From assembly GCA_032718475.1 (NCBI GenBank), contig JAUCBJ010008354.1, positions 124,001 through 188,000 of the forward strand: DNA of 64,000 nt, written 5' to 3'. Of this stretch, positions 39,601 to 52,851 are shown piece after piece. The first letter of the stretch is position 1. Every line of letters begins with the position of its first letter. The translations under genes and the position numbers were made by a program. Source of the DNA: Nemertoderma westbladi. Taxonomy: Eukaryota; Animalia; Xenacoelomorpha. The notes under the pieces were generated by a model that saw only the letters and a program-made list of their open reading frames with translations, had not been told where the DNA came from and did not search any database.

Positions 39601-41283
39601 GTGTTATACTGACGACGGCGAAAGCCAAGCTTCTCAAGAAGAGGACAGCGGGAAAGACACAGCAAAATCTTACTATGACAATAAGACCTATAAAGGCGTA
39701 AGTAAATACAAGTCTCGAACCAGTGACAGGAGAGAACAGGTAACAACAACTCCTCCTACGTCTCCTAAGAGAATTCACAGAAGAAAGCCCGAAGAAAGAA
39801 CGAGAGTGCATAACGTTACCCAAGGTAAGGTGAGTAACATCAAACCAAAATGTGCGCTGTGCGACGGGCCCCACCGTTTGAGTGCGTGTGCTGAATTTCT
39901 AAAGAAATCCCTTGTAGACAGACGTACAGTCCTGTGGAATAAGCGGTTATGCTATAATTGCCTCAGATCAGGACACCAACGGCGAACCTGTTACTCCGAC
40001 GTAAAGTGTGCAAAGTGTGGCGCGAAACATCACATCTTGTTACACAGTGAGTTCGAACGAGACAACCCGAGTCAGGTAAGTGAGCCCGAACTACATGTCC
40101 AATTCAGTGATGTAAATGACACTGATCAAGAGTCTGAGATGGAAGGATTCTATACTGACGAATTCTCTGACGCCAACGAATCCTGTTACCTAATAAATAC
40201 CTCAGTGTATCGAGCACTTACTTATGAAAAGGACACCGACAATGAGTTCCCCCCAACTACTTTTGCCGACAACCATCTTGGAAAGCTCCAACTTCCAACG
40301 TAGGAATCAGAGAATTTCCTGTAGTGCAGGTAAGAGTTCACGGTCCTAACAAAAGTTACATAGTGAACGCCCTCCTTGACTCCGGCAGCACAGGAACATT
40401 CATCGATCAAGAACTAGCCGAAGATATCTTTGCTGGACAACCCAAATTCCGGACTAAATTGAATATGTCAGGAATTATGCAGGTTTGGAAATCTACCCTA
40501 ACGGCAGATTACTATGTAGGTGCGTTGTCCACCCCCCAGGATAAATTAGGAGCACAAGGTATAAGGTCGGTAAAAATGGTGGCTATAAAGAACTTCGCTA
40601 CTACCCAAGCAGACCTTTATAATTGGGACGAGGATGAGAGCATCCAACATCTTAAGATACCTCGATTCCAGACAGATTATCCTGGAGTGCAAATACTCAT
40701 CGGCCAAAACGCGCATGAGGCGCTCGAGACATTGGAGAAACGGCCTGCTCAACCGCAGCCACTGCAAACCTATGCGGTAAGAACTAGAGTAGGTTGGTAC
40801 TTCACTGGCCCTTCCCGTAGAACTCTCAAAGAGAGATTACCTCAATAACAGGTATACCAAGTAAAGGAATGGGAAGTGGAGAGCAGTGATGTGGACGATC
40901 CAACTGAGGGAACACCATACTCCTCAGATAATGACGATATTAACTCCAATGTAGATCAATGGAGACATTGCCTTGGGACGATTAATCCAGCCGACATCAC
41001 TTCCAGAGGAGCAACTCCTCAAGAACTGATAGATAATCCAGGCTGGTTAGGTGGATCCGACTTCTTAAGTAAAGAAGAAGAAGAATGGCCTCCTCATCTT
41101 ACCCCGGTGAAGATTAGACAGGCCAAGGGAGCGGAGAAAGTAACACAACAACTAAATCGCCCAGCTAGTCGTTTATGTTTACTGGAAAGAGACCGAAAAC
41201 TGTCCGGAAACTATGGAAGGCAAGATACTCTTCCTACGACCACTTCCCTAATTCGACAAATATCTAGGGACTCCATAACGTAA
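36658..41283 (+). pseudogene. gag-protease ORF of copy C (several stops and frameshifts; RT/RH/IN deleted)
   Basis: ORF pieces 36658-38652, 38660-39340, 39371-40303, 40324-40848, 40876-41283 are colinear with A gag-pro; same deletion junctions as B. Confidence 0.9.
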
Positions 41284-42910
41284 TAACATATGGAGTGGGC
41301 GTGTGACTATATCATTTTATATTTGTTTTTATTTTATATTTATGTATGTATTATTATGTAATTTTATTATAATCGTTTCCTTTAATTTTATTTTAGTAAA
41401 ATGTTATTTTAGTGATTATTTAGTAGATTAGTGCAATATATTAGTGTTTACTACGTACGTAATTACTTATAATATATTTAGTGCGACGGCGAGAAATAAT
41501 TATTTTTTCTCTTTCCTTACTGTCCATATCATATTATAAATACGTGACTACAGTAAGATGAAATGTCCGTACTTATTAAAGTACAATAAAGCCACTACTA
41601 TATTCAGGTATTATTGGTAGGCAGAGTATTAGGAATGCAAAGTTCAGATCCTCGTGTCTCGGCTAAACCAAGCTCTGGGTAGACCTTGGAAATGACTTGC
41701 CTCTTCACACTGACATTGCTTCGTGCGATATTGCTCTTCTACCTTATATTAAATAATACATATAGTAGCGTGATGTCCATATAACAGTAGCGTAAAACGC
41801 AAATAAATCTGTTAAACCTTTTGGCCATCTGTAATTCTAGTCGATTAAGATATCGCGGCACCCACCGATATACTTGAAAGACAAATTCTAGAATCAGTGG
41901 TTAACGTCCCCAGACAAGTTCTGGAATAAATCGGTGCCCATCTTAAATATTAATTTAATATTTAGTAAAATCTGTAAAATTCAGATCCTTTAAATTTCTA
42001 GTCAATTAAGATATCACAGCACTTACCGATACTCTTAAAAGGCAATTTTCTAGAATTAAGGATCCTCAGTCCCCAGACATGCTATGGAATAAAAATTGTG
42101 TCAATCTTATCAAATAATAAAATTCACGGGAATAAATTTAAATTCATATTTTAAATGAATTTCATAAATTGTCATTTTTGCGCAATTTATAACATTCCCA
42201 AAATTCCATTAATTAATAGATCATGGGAGCGGAGATTCATCCTATTGAGTGTATTAGAGTGCGAGAATCTCCAACATATAGTCAATAGCCGATAAAATTA
42301 ATAAAATCATGCATAAAGAGGATATTGACAATTAAAGAATTATTATTAAATAGCATCCCAGATCTGTATGCATGAGAATTACCCTAATTCTACCGCTAGC
42401 ATTCCATAATGTCACCATAGCAACACCCACGCTAGAATTAGAAGCAAGTTAAAAGAACAACAGAAAGCTTGTCCCATTGCATAGCATAGAGAATACATAG
42501 CACACTGTTAGTATCCAAGGATACACAGTAATAACGTGACATTCTGGAAGGCACTGACTAACGGACAAATGGCCTGTATGTGTACAATTGGTGACAGTTG
42601 TGTGGAATTTGTGCGTTTGTAGGTGAATGTTACTGCTAAGGTGTGTTTACAGTAGCTAGTCGCAATTGTGAAAGTAGCCCAACTCTCCTATAGAAAGAAC
42701 CTAAAGTGGATTCAAGCCTTTGGGACGGACAGTGGAGTGACTTGTGCCGGTTATCGTTGTCGTGCTGTTGCTACATGTTGGCGTAAACACCGCGACGACG
42801 GTACATCGGCGCTGAGAATCCCACTGTCCGGGGGCAAAGAAAGGTAGGCAGCGACGCCCGCTCGCCTAAACATAAACTCATTACAATATTAATAAACTCA
42901 GATAGCAGAT

Positions 42911-44359
42911 ATGACAGAGTTGATAGAAGATGATCTTGGTATCAGGGAGCGATATACTCTACCTTTACAAGCATTTGTGGATAGCTTGATACGCGATGAA
43001 GCCGATCCAACCATTACGGAGGACGATGGTTGTTATATCGAACCGCCGATGTCCCAAGAGCAACTTGCGCGTGAATTGGACTATCGAAAATTCACCACTC
43101 GCTATACGAATCGTAATGGTACGTATGTGGACTTCCTAACTACCGGCCATCCTATCGATTTACATGATACGGACGATGTAGACACCGAAAGGGAAATGGT
43201 TCTATTTAAATATCATACCCAGCGGAGTCGTAACGATAAACCGAGAATAGATCACGAAAATTCTACTCGTAACAGACTGGGAAGACGAACCAATATGCCT
43301 AGAATCTGAGGAGATTCAGCCTATCGCACCCGGAACAGCGACAACGATTACATCCTAGAATGGTATCAAGGTCCACAGTGTCTCACTGCGTACAATTATC
43401 GCCATGCCAACTATGTTTCTCGGCAACGTTGTCGGTTATGCGCATCGAGAGACCATGTTACGCCCATGGACACAAACGTCCGCTGTTCCTAGTTCCAAGA
43501 ACAACCGACTATGGAAATTTATTGCGCATATTGCCGACTCAATAACTTGCACATTTTTGCGGTTTGCCCTCAATTTATGACTCAATGTCACCATTGTCAA
43601 CTAAAGGGACACGCCAGTTTCGATTGCCCTTTTAATCGAGATTTGGAAAGCGTAGATGAAATGATCACACTACGTTACATCAGAGCTTGGGAAGCGAACG
43701 CTGATTTACATTGTGATTCGCGCCATCGCTATTATCCTGGACGCGCTTACGAAGGAGTTTATGCGTTCCATCCTTATCTATTCGCTTCTGTCGAACAGAA
43801 ATCACGCATATCGAGTTACGAGCTACTGAAGCGCGTCGGAGAATGTATTTCAACCAAATTCGTACGCAAATTTCTCAGGAGTGTTAATCCTAGCGACCTT
43901 CATTCCTATAACTTAATCAATTATATCCGTCAGGATCCGGACTATGGAGACTTGTTTGTTAACTCACACCCCGAGTCACAGGAAGTATATCGACGGCCTT
44001 ACGAATACCGAGCCCGCGAACGCGAGTTGGAAAGGACCATTAAACCCCGGAGGTTTCTAACTGCCTATGGTCCACCCACGGCCCTCGTTCAGACCACTCA
44101 TAAAGGACCCGTAAGAGCGGCTGTCTTGAAACGAGCTCTCAAAGCCGTTAGACCCCTCTCCCCTGACGTTGATGTCAATCAACCCGGTACTTAGATGGGC
44201 GGATACACCGACCATAATCCTACACCCTCTGACGCAATCATATTGCACCCTTCACCCAGGAGTTATAGCCCTCCTTGTAAAGTGGCTCGCCCCAAAGAGA
44301 AAAGGACTCTGGCTAGCTTTAAAAAACTGCGTAAACGCCGTCCGCGCAAGAAAGACTAA
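42911..44359 (+). pseudogene. Accessory ORF2 of copy C (short variant)
   Basis: Near-identical to the B version; knuckles in ORF 43511-44194. Confidence 0.8.
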
Positions 44360-45677
44360 CTGTTTAGAGTATTTACGTATATTAGAAACTGTGATTTTGT
44401 ATATTTTATAGACTCAAATCCCATTTTCTGGGAGCGGTGTAAAAGCTTCTGTGGGATATAACTGGCCCCTTTTGCTTCGCAATCCAGTTTCCCCCCAGGC
44501 GCTGGAATACTCTAAAAGGCTCTCTAACTATATATATATTCCCCTTGCCCGCAAGGTACCATTACAGGTGTTTTAACGGACATAAAAGTCATTCTTCTAT
44601 ATACGTGTTTTGGCGGACATGGTAAGGCAAAAAACCGGCAATGCACCAAATACCTTTACACAGCTTAGCCTTGATGATTCATATTACGACATCTAACAGC
44701 TGGTTGCTGACATGGGAACAGCCATTGGACACATGGTTCTTTGTTTAGCTTAAGCCAATCAGAGCGATTTTTTCTGTCGATGTGGAGGTATTCGGCCGAT
44801 CATAATAGGAGTGTTCAGTCTTACTGTTTTTTCTTGATACGGTTGTGTTCCTTCTATCTAGGCCAGGAACACCGGCTCTAGAGTCAATTCGTTTCAGACT
44901 TTAGAAGAAACATTAGTAGGCTTAAGATTATAGAGCGTATAACTGTTATCGGTCCAGTCAAACAGTGTTACCATCTTAACCTACCGTCTTAATGCTATTT
45001 ACTGTTGTGTTTTGGTTGAATATTGTTATTTGGAGAACATATATAAAGAACCCAAATTTCCCAATTTTCTTGATACACTACAGGTTAGAGAGACGGGTTA
45101 TATATAGCGATTGCGACTTATATTATTGTGTATGTAGTGAATTTAATGCTATTTGATAAGCACTACATTGGTCCGTTGCTGTTCTCTTTATATATGATAA
45201 AAATCATTGACGGTCGGCAAATTAGTGGGCAGTATTGTGTGTTACCGGTAGTGTGCATGATTGTGACTGATAACTAAGCATTTCCTATAGAATGCGCCTC
45301 ATACGTGAATCATAAGCCTTACCGACTTACCGTTGTGATTAGTATAAGTCATATCTCTGTTTACCTAGATAGAGCGCCACGTCCTAAAGGAACTGTTAAT
45401 ATTTCCCGAAAGTGAATAATATTGGTCAGAAATTATTTATTAACGATCAATCGAATAATACAGTAAGCTTACACTGTAATAATAATCTAAGCCCTCAGAA
45501 TCCAGTCTCCCGGGTATATCCAGCGGGTGAATGGACGCGCACTAGGCTGGCTTCTGCTAATGTTGTGTTTATTGGTATTAAATATTTGTCATCTTCTAAA
45601 GTCTATTTATAAACCAAAAGACATATAAATTTTGGCAGGTTAAACTGCTAAAGGTCTTCAAAAGCGCGTACACCGTT

Positions 45678-48039
45678 GGTGTCCTGGTCTGAGGCAATTA
45701 TAGCATAACCGCTTATCCCACATGACTTCACGTCTGTCTACCAGGGATTTCTTTAGGAATTCAGCACACACACTCAAACGGTGGGGCCCGTCGCACAGCG
45801 AACATTTTGGTTCGATGTTACTCACTTTACCTTGGGCAACGTTATGCACTCTCGTTCTTTCTTCGGGCTTTCTTCCGTGAATTCTCTTAGGAGACGTAGG
45901 AGGAGTTGTTGTTACCTGTTCTCTCCTGTCCCTGGTTCGAGACTTATATTTACTTACGTCTTTATAGGTCTTGTTATCATAGTAAGATTTTGCTGTGTCT
46001 TTCCCGCTGTCCTCTTCTTGAGAAGCTTGGCTTTCGCCGTTGTCAGTATAACACACTGGTGTTACCCTTCTCCTAGAAATGGGTTTCTCACTTACCTTAT
46101 TTTCCGATGTTTTCTCTCTGGACTGCTTTATGAGTTGTAATTTTACTTCACTATCTAAGAAGGACATGAGATCAGCCATGGTAGGGTCTCGTTATTGTTG
46201 TTCCATCATATATAACACTTTCTTGTCCCAGCGTGTACCTACTCCACCCTTTGGTAAAGTAGATGCTAAGGCTCCTACAACCATAGAGTTCTGGTATTCA
46301 TGAGACTTACCTAACCAATCTAGCTGTCTACAGATCTCCTGAATCTCATCGGAAAATTCTATAATCCCTCTGCTAAGAAACTTTCGGGGCGCCATTAATT
46401 TCGCATATAAATACCTAGCTATGTTAGTCCTATTACCATACCTGATGTTTAGAGTATCCCAAACTTGTCTTAATCCATCTGGATGTCCAATAAATTTTAA
46501 CGCCATTAACTTGGGAGGTCCTTCCAAGCATTCGATGAGGTATCTGAGTTTCTCTCCGTTAGATAGCACAGAATTCTGTATGTTATCTTTGTAATATTCA
46601 TTAAAAGGTAACCATTTCATCTCATCTCCATTTAACTTGACGATCTCTCCAACCTTTACCGCTTGACGGGCTTCGGTTCTAGCCATTTGACGCGTAAAAC
46701 TTTCTTGAGCCATCGTATTATTGAATATAGAATTATCGGTATATAAATTTCTCGTTCTATCGCGTTCTAACGCGATACTTTGCTGCACCTTTTGCAACTC
46801 TAACCTACTTTCCCTTACTGTTCCCTTGAGCTGCTGAACAGTCTCTTCCATTTCCCGGACCTGCTGAGAGGAGCACAAACAGTGTTCCCTCAGCTGCTCG
46901 AGCAGGAGACCCATCTCCCGTCGTCCCTCAGCTACCCACTCAACCGCCGAAGCGGGAGTCGCCAACGTAGTAGCGGGCGAGCGAGAGACGACGGGCGATA
47001 AATTCTTGATATCTCGCTCGGCGTCCAGGACGGGTTCGGACTCGGGAACAGTCCTACTGGGCACAGGTAGTTTAGTATTGTACAAAGGGAATTTATAGGC
47101 AGGTTCTGGGAGCACAGGTGTCTCTATCACCGAAGGGGTGATTTCAAGAACAGGCCTAATTATTTCAGGCTCATCTACTACAGTAGGGAGTCTTTCTACT
47201 GTAATAATTTGGTCTGTGGGTTCTGTACTACCTAAGTCTGTGCTAGCTAGTTGCCTTCTCCCAGCTGGGGGCAGATTAGGCAATTTCTGACGGTGAGGCA
47301 TTCTTCTACGTCTGTTGGAACGAGATCTATTTCCTCCGCCTTCAGGATCAGTGGTATCGCCTTCATCAGATGACGTAACGCTTGCGTCCTTCTTCTGAGG
47401 TTTCTCTGCCGTCGCTTCGCCTTCCACTTGAGAAAAGACGGCGTCTGTTGATTCTCCTTGGGTCATGTGCTCGGTTAGCAGAGCTTTCCATTGAGTCGTT
47501 GCTTGGACTTTAAGACTCACACGCCAGAACCAAGTCTTTACGGCGACCCGCAACGACGTATCTTGGCTTATCCTTGAGACTTTCTTATAGGCTGAAAGAA
47601 TTAGTCTGATCCACAGAACTCGTTCGCGAACTTGATAAAGCAGCTCTTCCTGCTCCCGAGGTCCGTAAGGCCGCTGAAACAGCTGCTCCTCCAATCGCCA
47701 CAGAGAGCTGAAGAATCTCTGTGCATATTCTGCTACCGACCCCTTCCACCTAGCCGAATCCCTAGTGTTCCATACCACTCCCATCCTGTATAAGTCCTCC
47801 CAGCCAGCTTTCGATAAGTTAAACGGGAGTCCGGGTCCGGGGAAATTCCATTGCGTCTCGACAATAGACTTCAGTTCCTCCTTCGTGTATCCCGCATAAC
47901 TATCCTTGGTCGATCGCTCACTTTTCGCCCAATCCATCTGGTGCTCCTCCACCGCAATCAATACCCTTTTGAGTACGGCTACAGGAAGGATGAGAAGGGG
48001 ATCCGAACTATCTGACAGTGCCCGTTTTGTGTCAGACAT
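45678..48039 (-). pseudogene. 5' part of copy B gag with three in-frame internal deletions
   Basis: ALSDS|SDPLL, QKKDA|SVTSSDEG and ALERD|RTRNLY junctions relative to A/C/D; stop at 46192. Confidence 0.88.
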
Positions 48040-50299
48040 GTTTGTTTACACAGTTGAATGCCTACGGCTATAAATACAGCTAAAGTAAGTCTAGTAATTC
48101 AGTATCACTGTTATCCTAATAATTAATTACCGATACTGCTGCTCAGTGTAGCGTGATATATATATAATATATTAGAATATCGGTATGCTTATAGTAGATA
48201 TATAAGTATTATTACAGACTAGATTTGTCACAGAGTACCGGTATATAAATTTAGCACAAATATATATAAATATATAATAGGCCTATCGTGAATACCGGTA
48301 TACAGCTGACACTTATAGTATATATAAGTATAATTATTACAGACTAGAATTAATTACAGAATAACGGTATGATTTCAGCCCAAATTTATAGAAATAAATA
48401 TAATAAGCCTATGGTAAATACCGGTATGTCAATTATTTTAGAATAATTGAATTTCTGAATATTTTAGGGTTACTTGGTTACTTTAACTTACTTTATTACC
48501 GTTATTTAAGCAGTAGTCCAACTGATATGGAAACCTAGTTGTTGTATGGCAGGCCTACTATTTATAAATCGTTTGAGTTGATTTATAATATATATATACC
48601 CGTTTAAAATGGGTTTTGTCAATATTTGAAATAAATGTTATTATTTCTGGGGGGAGTCACTACACAGAAGCTGTGCGCTCTCAGTGAAGTGCTATTTATT
48701 GGACACTAAAACAGATAATTCTACTTCCTAAGTTACTTATCTACGAATTACTTACGATACGGGTGAGATTAATTCTCTAACTAAACACAACAAAAATATT
48801 ACGTACGAAATTTTAGGGTAATTTTACAGGGAAACTACAAACCAGTCTAACAAAGGGTTAGAACTTCTGGTTATTACAACAGACAGGATACTACGGTATT
48901 TGAGAATAATAAAGCAGTAGTCAATATACTGCGTTGTCCAGATAGGAAAAATACCACCGCCTGACGACCTATAGCCGTATCGCTATAGGTACTACGTTAT
49001 GTATCACGGAGTGTTCCTACCTAGAAGTTAATTACCGCGGACTACCAGATCCAACGTGCCTATTAACCACTTTACAACACAATACACTGCCTACACACTA
49101 ATTACCTTCGGAAAGCACTGTACACTAAACCCTAAATTAGGTACAAGTACTGGTACAACAAATAATCAGTAGTTAAATATACTTGAACAGTTAAAAGAAC
49201 CACGGCATCTGCTGGAGTGACCAGAGCACAAAGTCACCAGTCTTTACCTACGCCAAGCAGCCCGTGTAGTACCGGGGTTAATTTAACTATAACGGTATGT
49301 GTAACAAGCACAATTACTGTAGGAATAAACTTGGGGACATGAATGTTGCGAATAATCGCATAAACTCTGAATAATAAATATTACGCTACCCGTACAGAAT
49401 ACTCAAACAAAATTCAAACCAAACGCTGGCAGACTACCACCAAGCCTAAATAAACTACAGTATGTGCAGATTCCGAAATCGTTAGTTAGTATGCGTTCTA
49501 ACACGGTAGTACGACTTATTCTTTAAGAGGGGATTGACCTTACAGCTATGGCTGCCCCAACTTACTAACTGGCACTTTATCAGACAAACTCCACACACGC
49601 AGCAATCTCTTCAGACCTAATAATAGCTGGACAACAATCCAGCCTACAAAATATCTGAGTAATAACTATTACGGTACCTGAACAGACCACACAAACAAAC
49701 ACAGGCCAAAACGCTGGCAGAATACTGTCAAGCCTAAATAAACTACAGTATGTGCAGATTCCAAAATGGTTAGTTAGTATGCGTTCTAACACGGTAGTAC
49801 GACTTATTCTTTAAGAGGGGATTGACCTTACAGCTATGGCTGCAGCTACAGCTCTATCGGACAAACTCTACACACGCCATAATCTCTCCAAACCCAACAA
49901 CAATCCGACAACAGTCCGGCCTACAATTATCTGAACAATCTGAGCAGACTTACACGTCTTCAGCTCAATATTAACTTACATGTAAATAAAACCAACAGAA
50001 ATAAGTAAAATCTCAATAAAAAAACCAGGGCTGCAGTCCCTGATTAAATACTAAGACCTACCGGTATACAATAATCAAAATCGAATAATACTAATGTACT
50101 TATACTGGAAGTACCGGTTAGGACAGTTGGGCCTACGGACCTACAGAAGTACCGGTTCTGGCAGTTGGACCTACGGACCTACGGCAGTACCGGTTCTGGC
50201 AGTTGGGCCTACTGACCTACAGAAGTACCAGTTCAGGTTTACCGGTCTACCGGTACTTTCAACTTTATTGCTTACTGCAATAAAGTCAATAACTGTTAT

Positions 50300-51532
50300 T
50301 GTACGCGCTTTTGAAGACCTTTAGCAGTTTAACCTGCCAAAATTTATATGTCTTTTGGTTTACAAATAGACTTTAGAAGTTGACAAATATTTAATACCAA
50401 TAAACACAACATTAGCAGAAGCCAGCCTAGTGCGCGTCCATTCACCCGCTGGATATACCCGGGAGACTGGATTCTGAGGGCTTAGATTATTATTGCAGTG
50501 TAAGCTTACTGTATTATTCGATTGATCGTTAATAAATAATTTCTGACTAATATTATTCACTTTCGGGAAATATTAACAGTTCCTTTAGGACGTGGCGCTC
50601 TATCTAGGTAAACAGAGATATGACTTATACTAATCACAACGGTAAGTCGGTAAGGCTTATGATTCACGTATGAGGCGCATTCTTTAGGAAATGCTTAGTT
50701 ATCAGCCACAATCATGCACGCTACCGGTAACACACAATACTGCTCACTAATTTGCCGACCGTCAATGAATTTTATCATATATAAAGAGAACAGCAACGGA
50801 CCCATGTAGTGCTTATCAAATAGCATTAAATTCACTACAAACCACAACAATATAAGTCGCAATCGCTATATATAACCCGTCTCTCTAACCTGTAGTGTAT
50901 CAAGAAAATTGGGAAAATTGGGTTCTTTATAAATGTTCTCCAAATAATAATATTCAACCAAAACACAACAGTAAATAGCATTAAGACGGTAGGTTAAGAT
51001 GGTAACACTGTTTGACTGGACCGATAACAGTTATACGCTCTATAATCTTAAGCCTACTAATGTTTCTTCTAAAGTCTGAAACGAATTGACTCTAGAGCCG
51101 GTGTTCCTGGCCTAGATAGAAGGAACATAACAGTATCACAAAAACAGTAAGACTGAACACTCCTAGTATGATCGGCCGAATATCTCCACATCGACAGAAA
51201 AAATCGCTCTGATTGGCTTAAGCTAAACAAAGAACCATGTGTCCAATGGCCGTTTCCATGTCAGCAACCAGCTGTTAGATGTCGTAATCTGAATCATCAA
51301 GGCTAAGCTGTGTAAAGGTATTTGGTACATTGCGGGTTTTTTGCCTCACCGTGTCCGCCAAAACACGTATATAGAAGAATGACTTTTATGTCCGTTAAAA
51401 CACCTATAACGGTACCTTGCGGGCGAGGGGAATATATATATATATTCCTTTTCTTTTAGAGTATTCCAGCGCCTGGGGGGAAACTGGATTGCGAAGCAAA
51501 AGGGCCAGTTATATCCCACAGAAGCTTTTACA
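50300..51532 (-). repeat. 5' LTR of copy B
   Basis: TG...CA, 1233 bp; PBS position at 50289-50299. Confidence 0.93.
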
Positions 51533-51537
51533 TAGGC

Positions 51538-51661
51538 TAAATCTGATCTATGAACTTCAGTCCGGTTTTCGTAAATCATATTCTACAGACACCTGCCTTA
51601 TTAACTTAACTGATACAATTAGATGTAATAACGCAAAGGGTTTATATACTGGTATGGTAAT
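51538..51661 (+). mobile_element. LINE fragment 3 (RT, QSGFR region)
   Basis: LNLIYELQSGFRKSYSTDTCLINLTDTI...GLYTGMVI continues fragment 2 across the TAGGC TSD. Confidence 0.9.
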
Positions 51662-52851
51662 TGTAAAAGCTTTTGCTGAATTGCCCGGTTAATTTTCCTT
51701 ATTTTTCCCGTAAAATACTCTGTAGTTGGTTTAATAGGCGTAAGAGGCCGTATTATTGCTGTATCGGTGTTTTTAGAGGATCTAAGAGCTATTTCTTCCG
51801 TATGTGTACTGTGGAAGGCATAGTTGATGATTCTATGGCAATTCCGTGACGCAAAAGAGGCGAGATACTCTTGAACAGTAGTTACTATGACGACGGTTAA
51901 CAGCTGATATTCATACGTGTCGCTTTTCTTTGTTCTACGGCGTCTCTCAGTTCAGTCAACCAATCAGAGCGTTTTTATGGCTCTTGTACAGAAATTTCCT
52001 AGAAATCACTCAATGCATTATAGGCAGTGTTTACATTCTGTCCTGAGCCAGGAGAGAGCGGCTTTGGAATATTTTGTGCTTTTCTGCTTTAGCCTAACAC
52101 TAGTAGGCTTAATTATAAGGACATATATCCGTTATCTGATGTCTGATCACTGGCTAACTGGCCCATACTGTGCAACTTAACTTAACATTACTGCTTTGCT
52201 GTCGGTTATTCATTATATTTGTTGATGAATTATTATATTTGGAATAACGAGAAATAACCCCGAAACCCAATATTCTTGATATACCGAAGGTAAGAGAGAA
52301 AGGTTACATATAACGATTGTGACTTATGTTAAAGTGGTTTGAAGTGAATCTAATGTTATTTGATAGACCCTACATGAGTCGGTCCGTGTTCCTTTTATAT
52401 GTGACTAAAATCAGTGAAGATCGGCAGATTAGTGTGCAGTATTGTGCAGCATTGTGTATGAGTGAGACTGATAACGAAGCATTTCCTAAAGAATGCGCCA
52501 TATATGTGAATTATAACTAAGCCATATCGTTGTGAGTAGTTTAAGTCATAACTCTGTTTATATAGATAGAGCGCCACGTCCTAAAGGAACTGTTAATATT
52601 CCCCGAAGGTGAATAATATTGTCAGAGATTATATAATACTGTCAGTCGAATAATACATTAGGCTTACATAGCAATACGATTAAGCCGTCGAAGTCAATCT
52701 CCCGGGTATATCCAACGGGTGAATGATCGCGCACAGATTGGTTTCAACTAGTGTAGTGAATCAAATACTTGTTAGAGGCTAAAGCGATTTATTATCTAGA
52801 AGACATCCTAATTTGGCGGGTTAAACTGCCAAAGGTCTGAAAGCGCGAACA
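51662..52851 (+). repeat. 5' LTR of copy D (1190 bp, A-type)
   Basis: TGTAAAAG...CGCGAACA; followed by ATAACGGATAT (52852-52862), the exact complement of 52125-52135. Confidence 0.93.

Larger units (their letters stand above)
33186..45672 (+). mobile_element. BEL/Pao copy C, non-autonomous, inserted antisense into the gag zinc knuckle of B
   Basis: 1235-bp LTRs 33186-34420 (starts AG instead of TG) and 44438-45672; TSD CCGTT (33181-33185, 45673-45677); purine tract GGGAGCGG 44430-44437. Confidence 0.95.
27487..51532 (-). mobile_element. BEL/Pao copy B, non-autonomous (no RT, RNase H core or integrase); contains nested copy C
   Basis: 1233-bp LTRs at 27487-28719 and 50300-51532 differing at a few sites; TSD TAGGC (27482-27486, 51533-51537). 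Confidence 0.95.

Noticed and set aside
52460-52500. Hammerhead ribozyme at CTGATAACGAAGC in the LTR
   Set aside because: Does not match the CUGANGA...GAAA core and I could not build the three stems.
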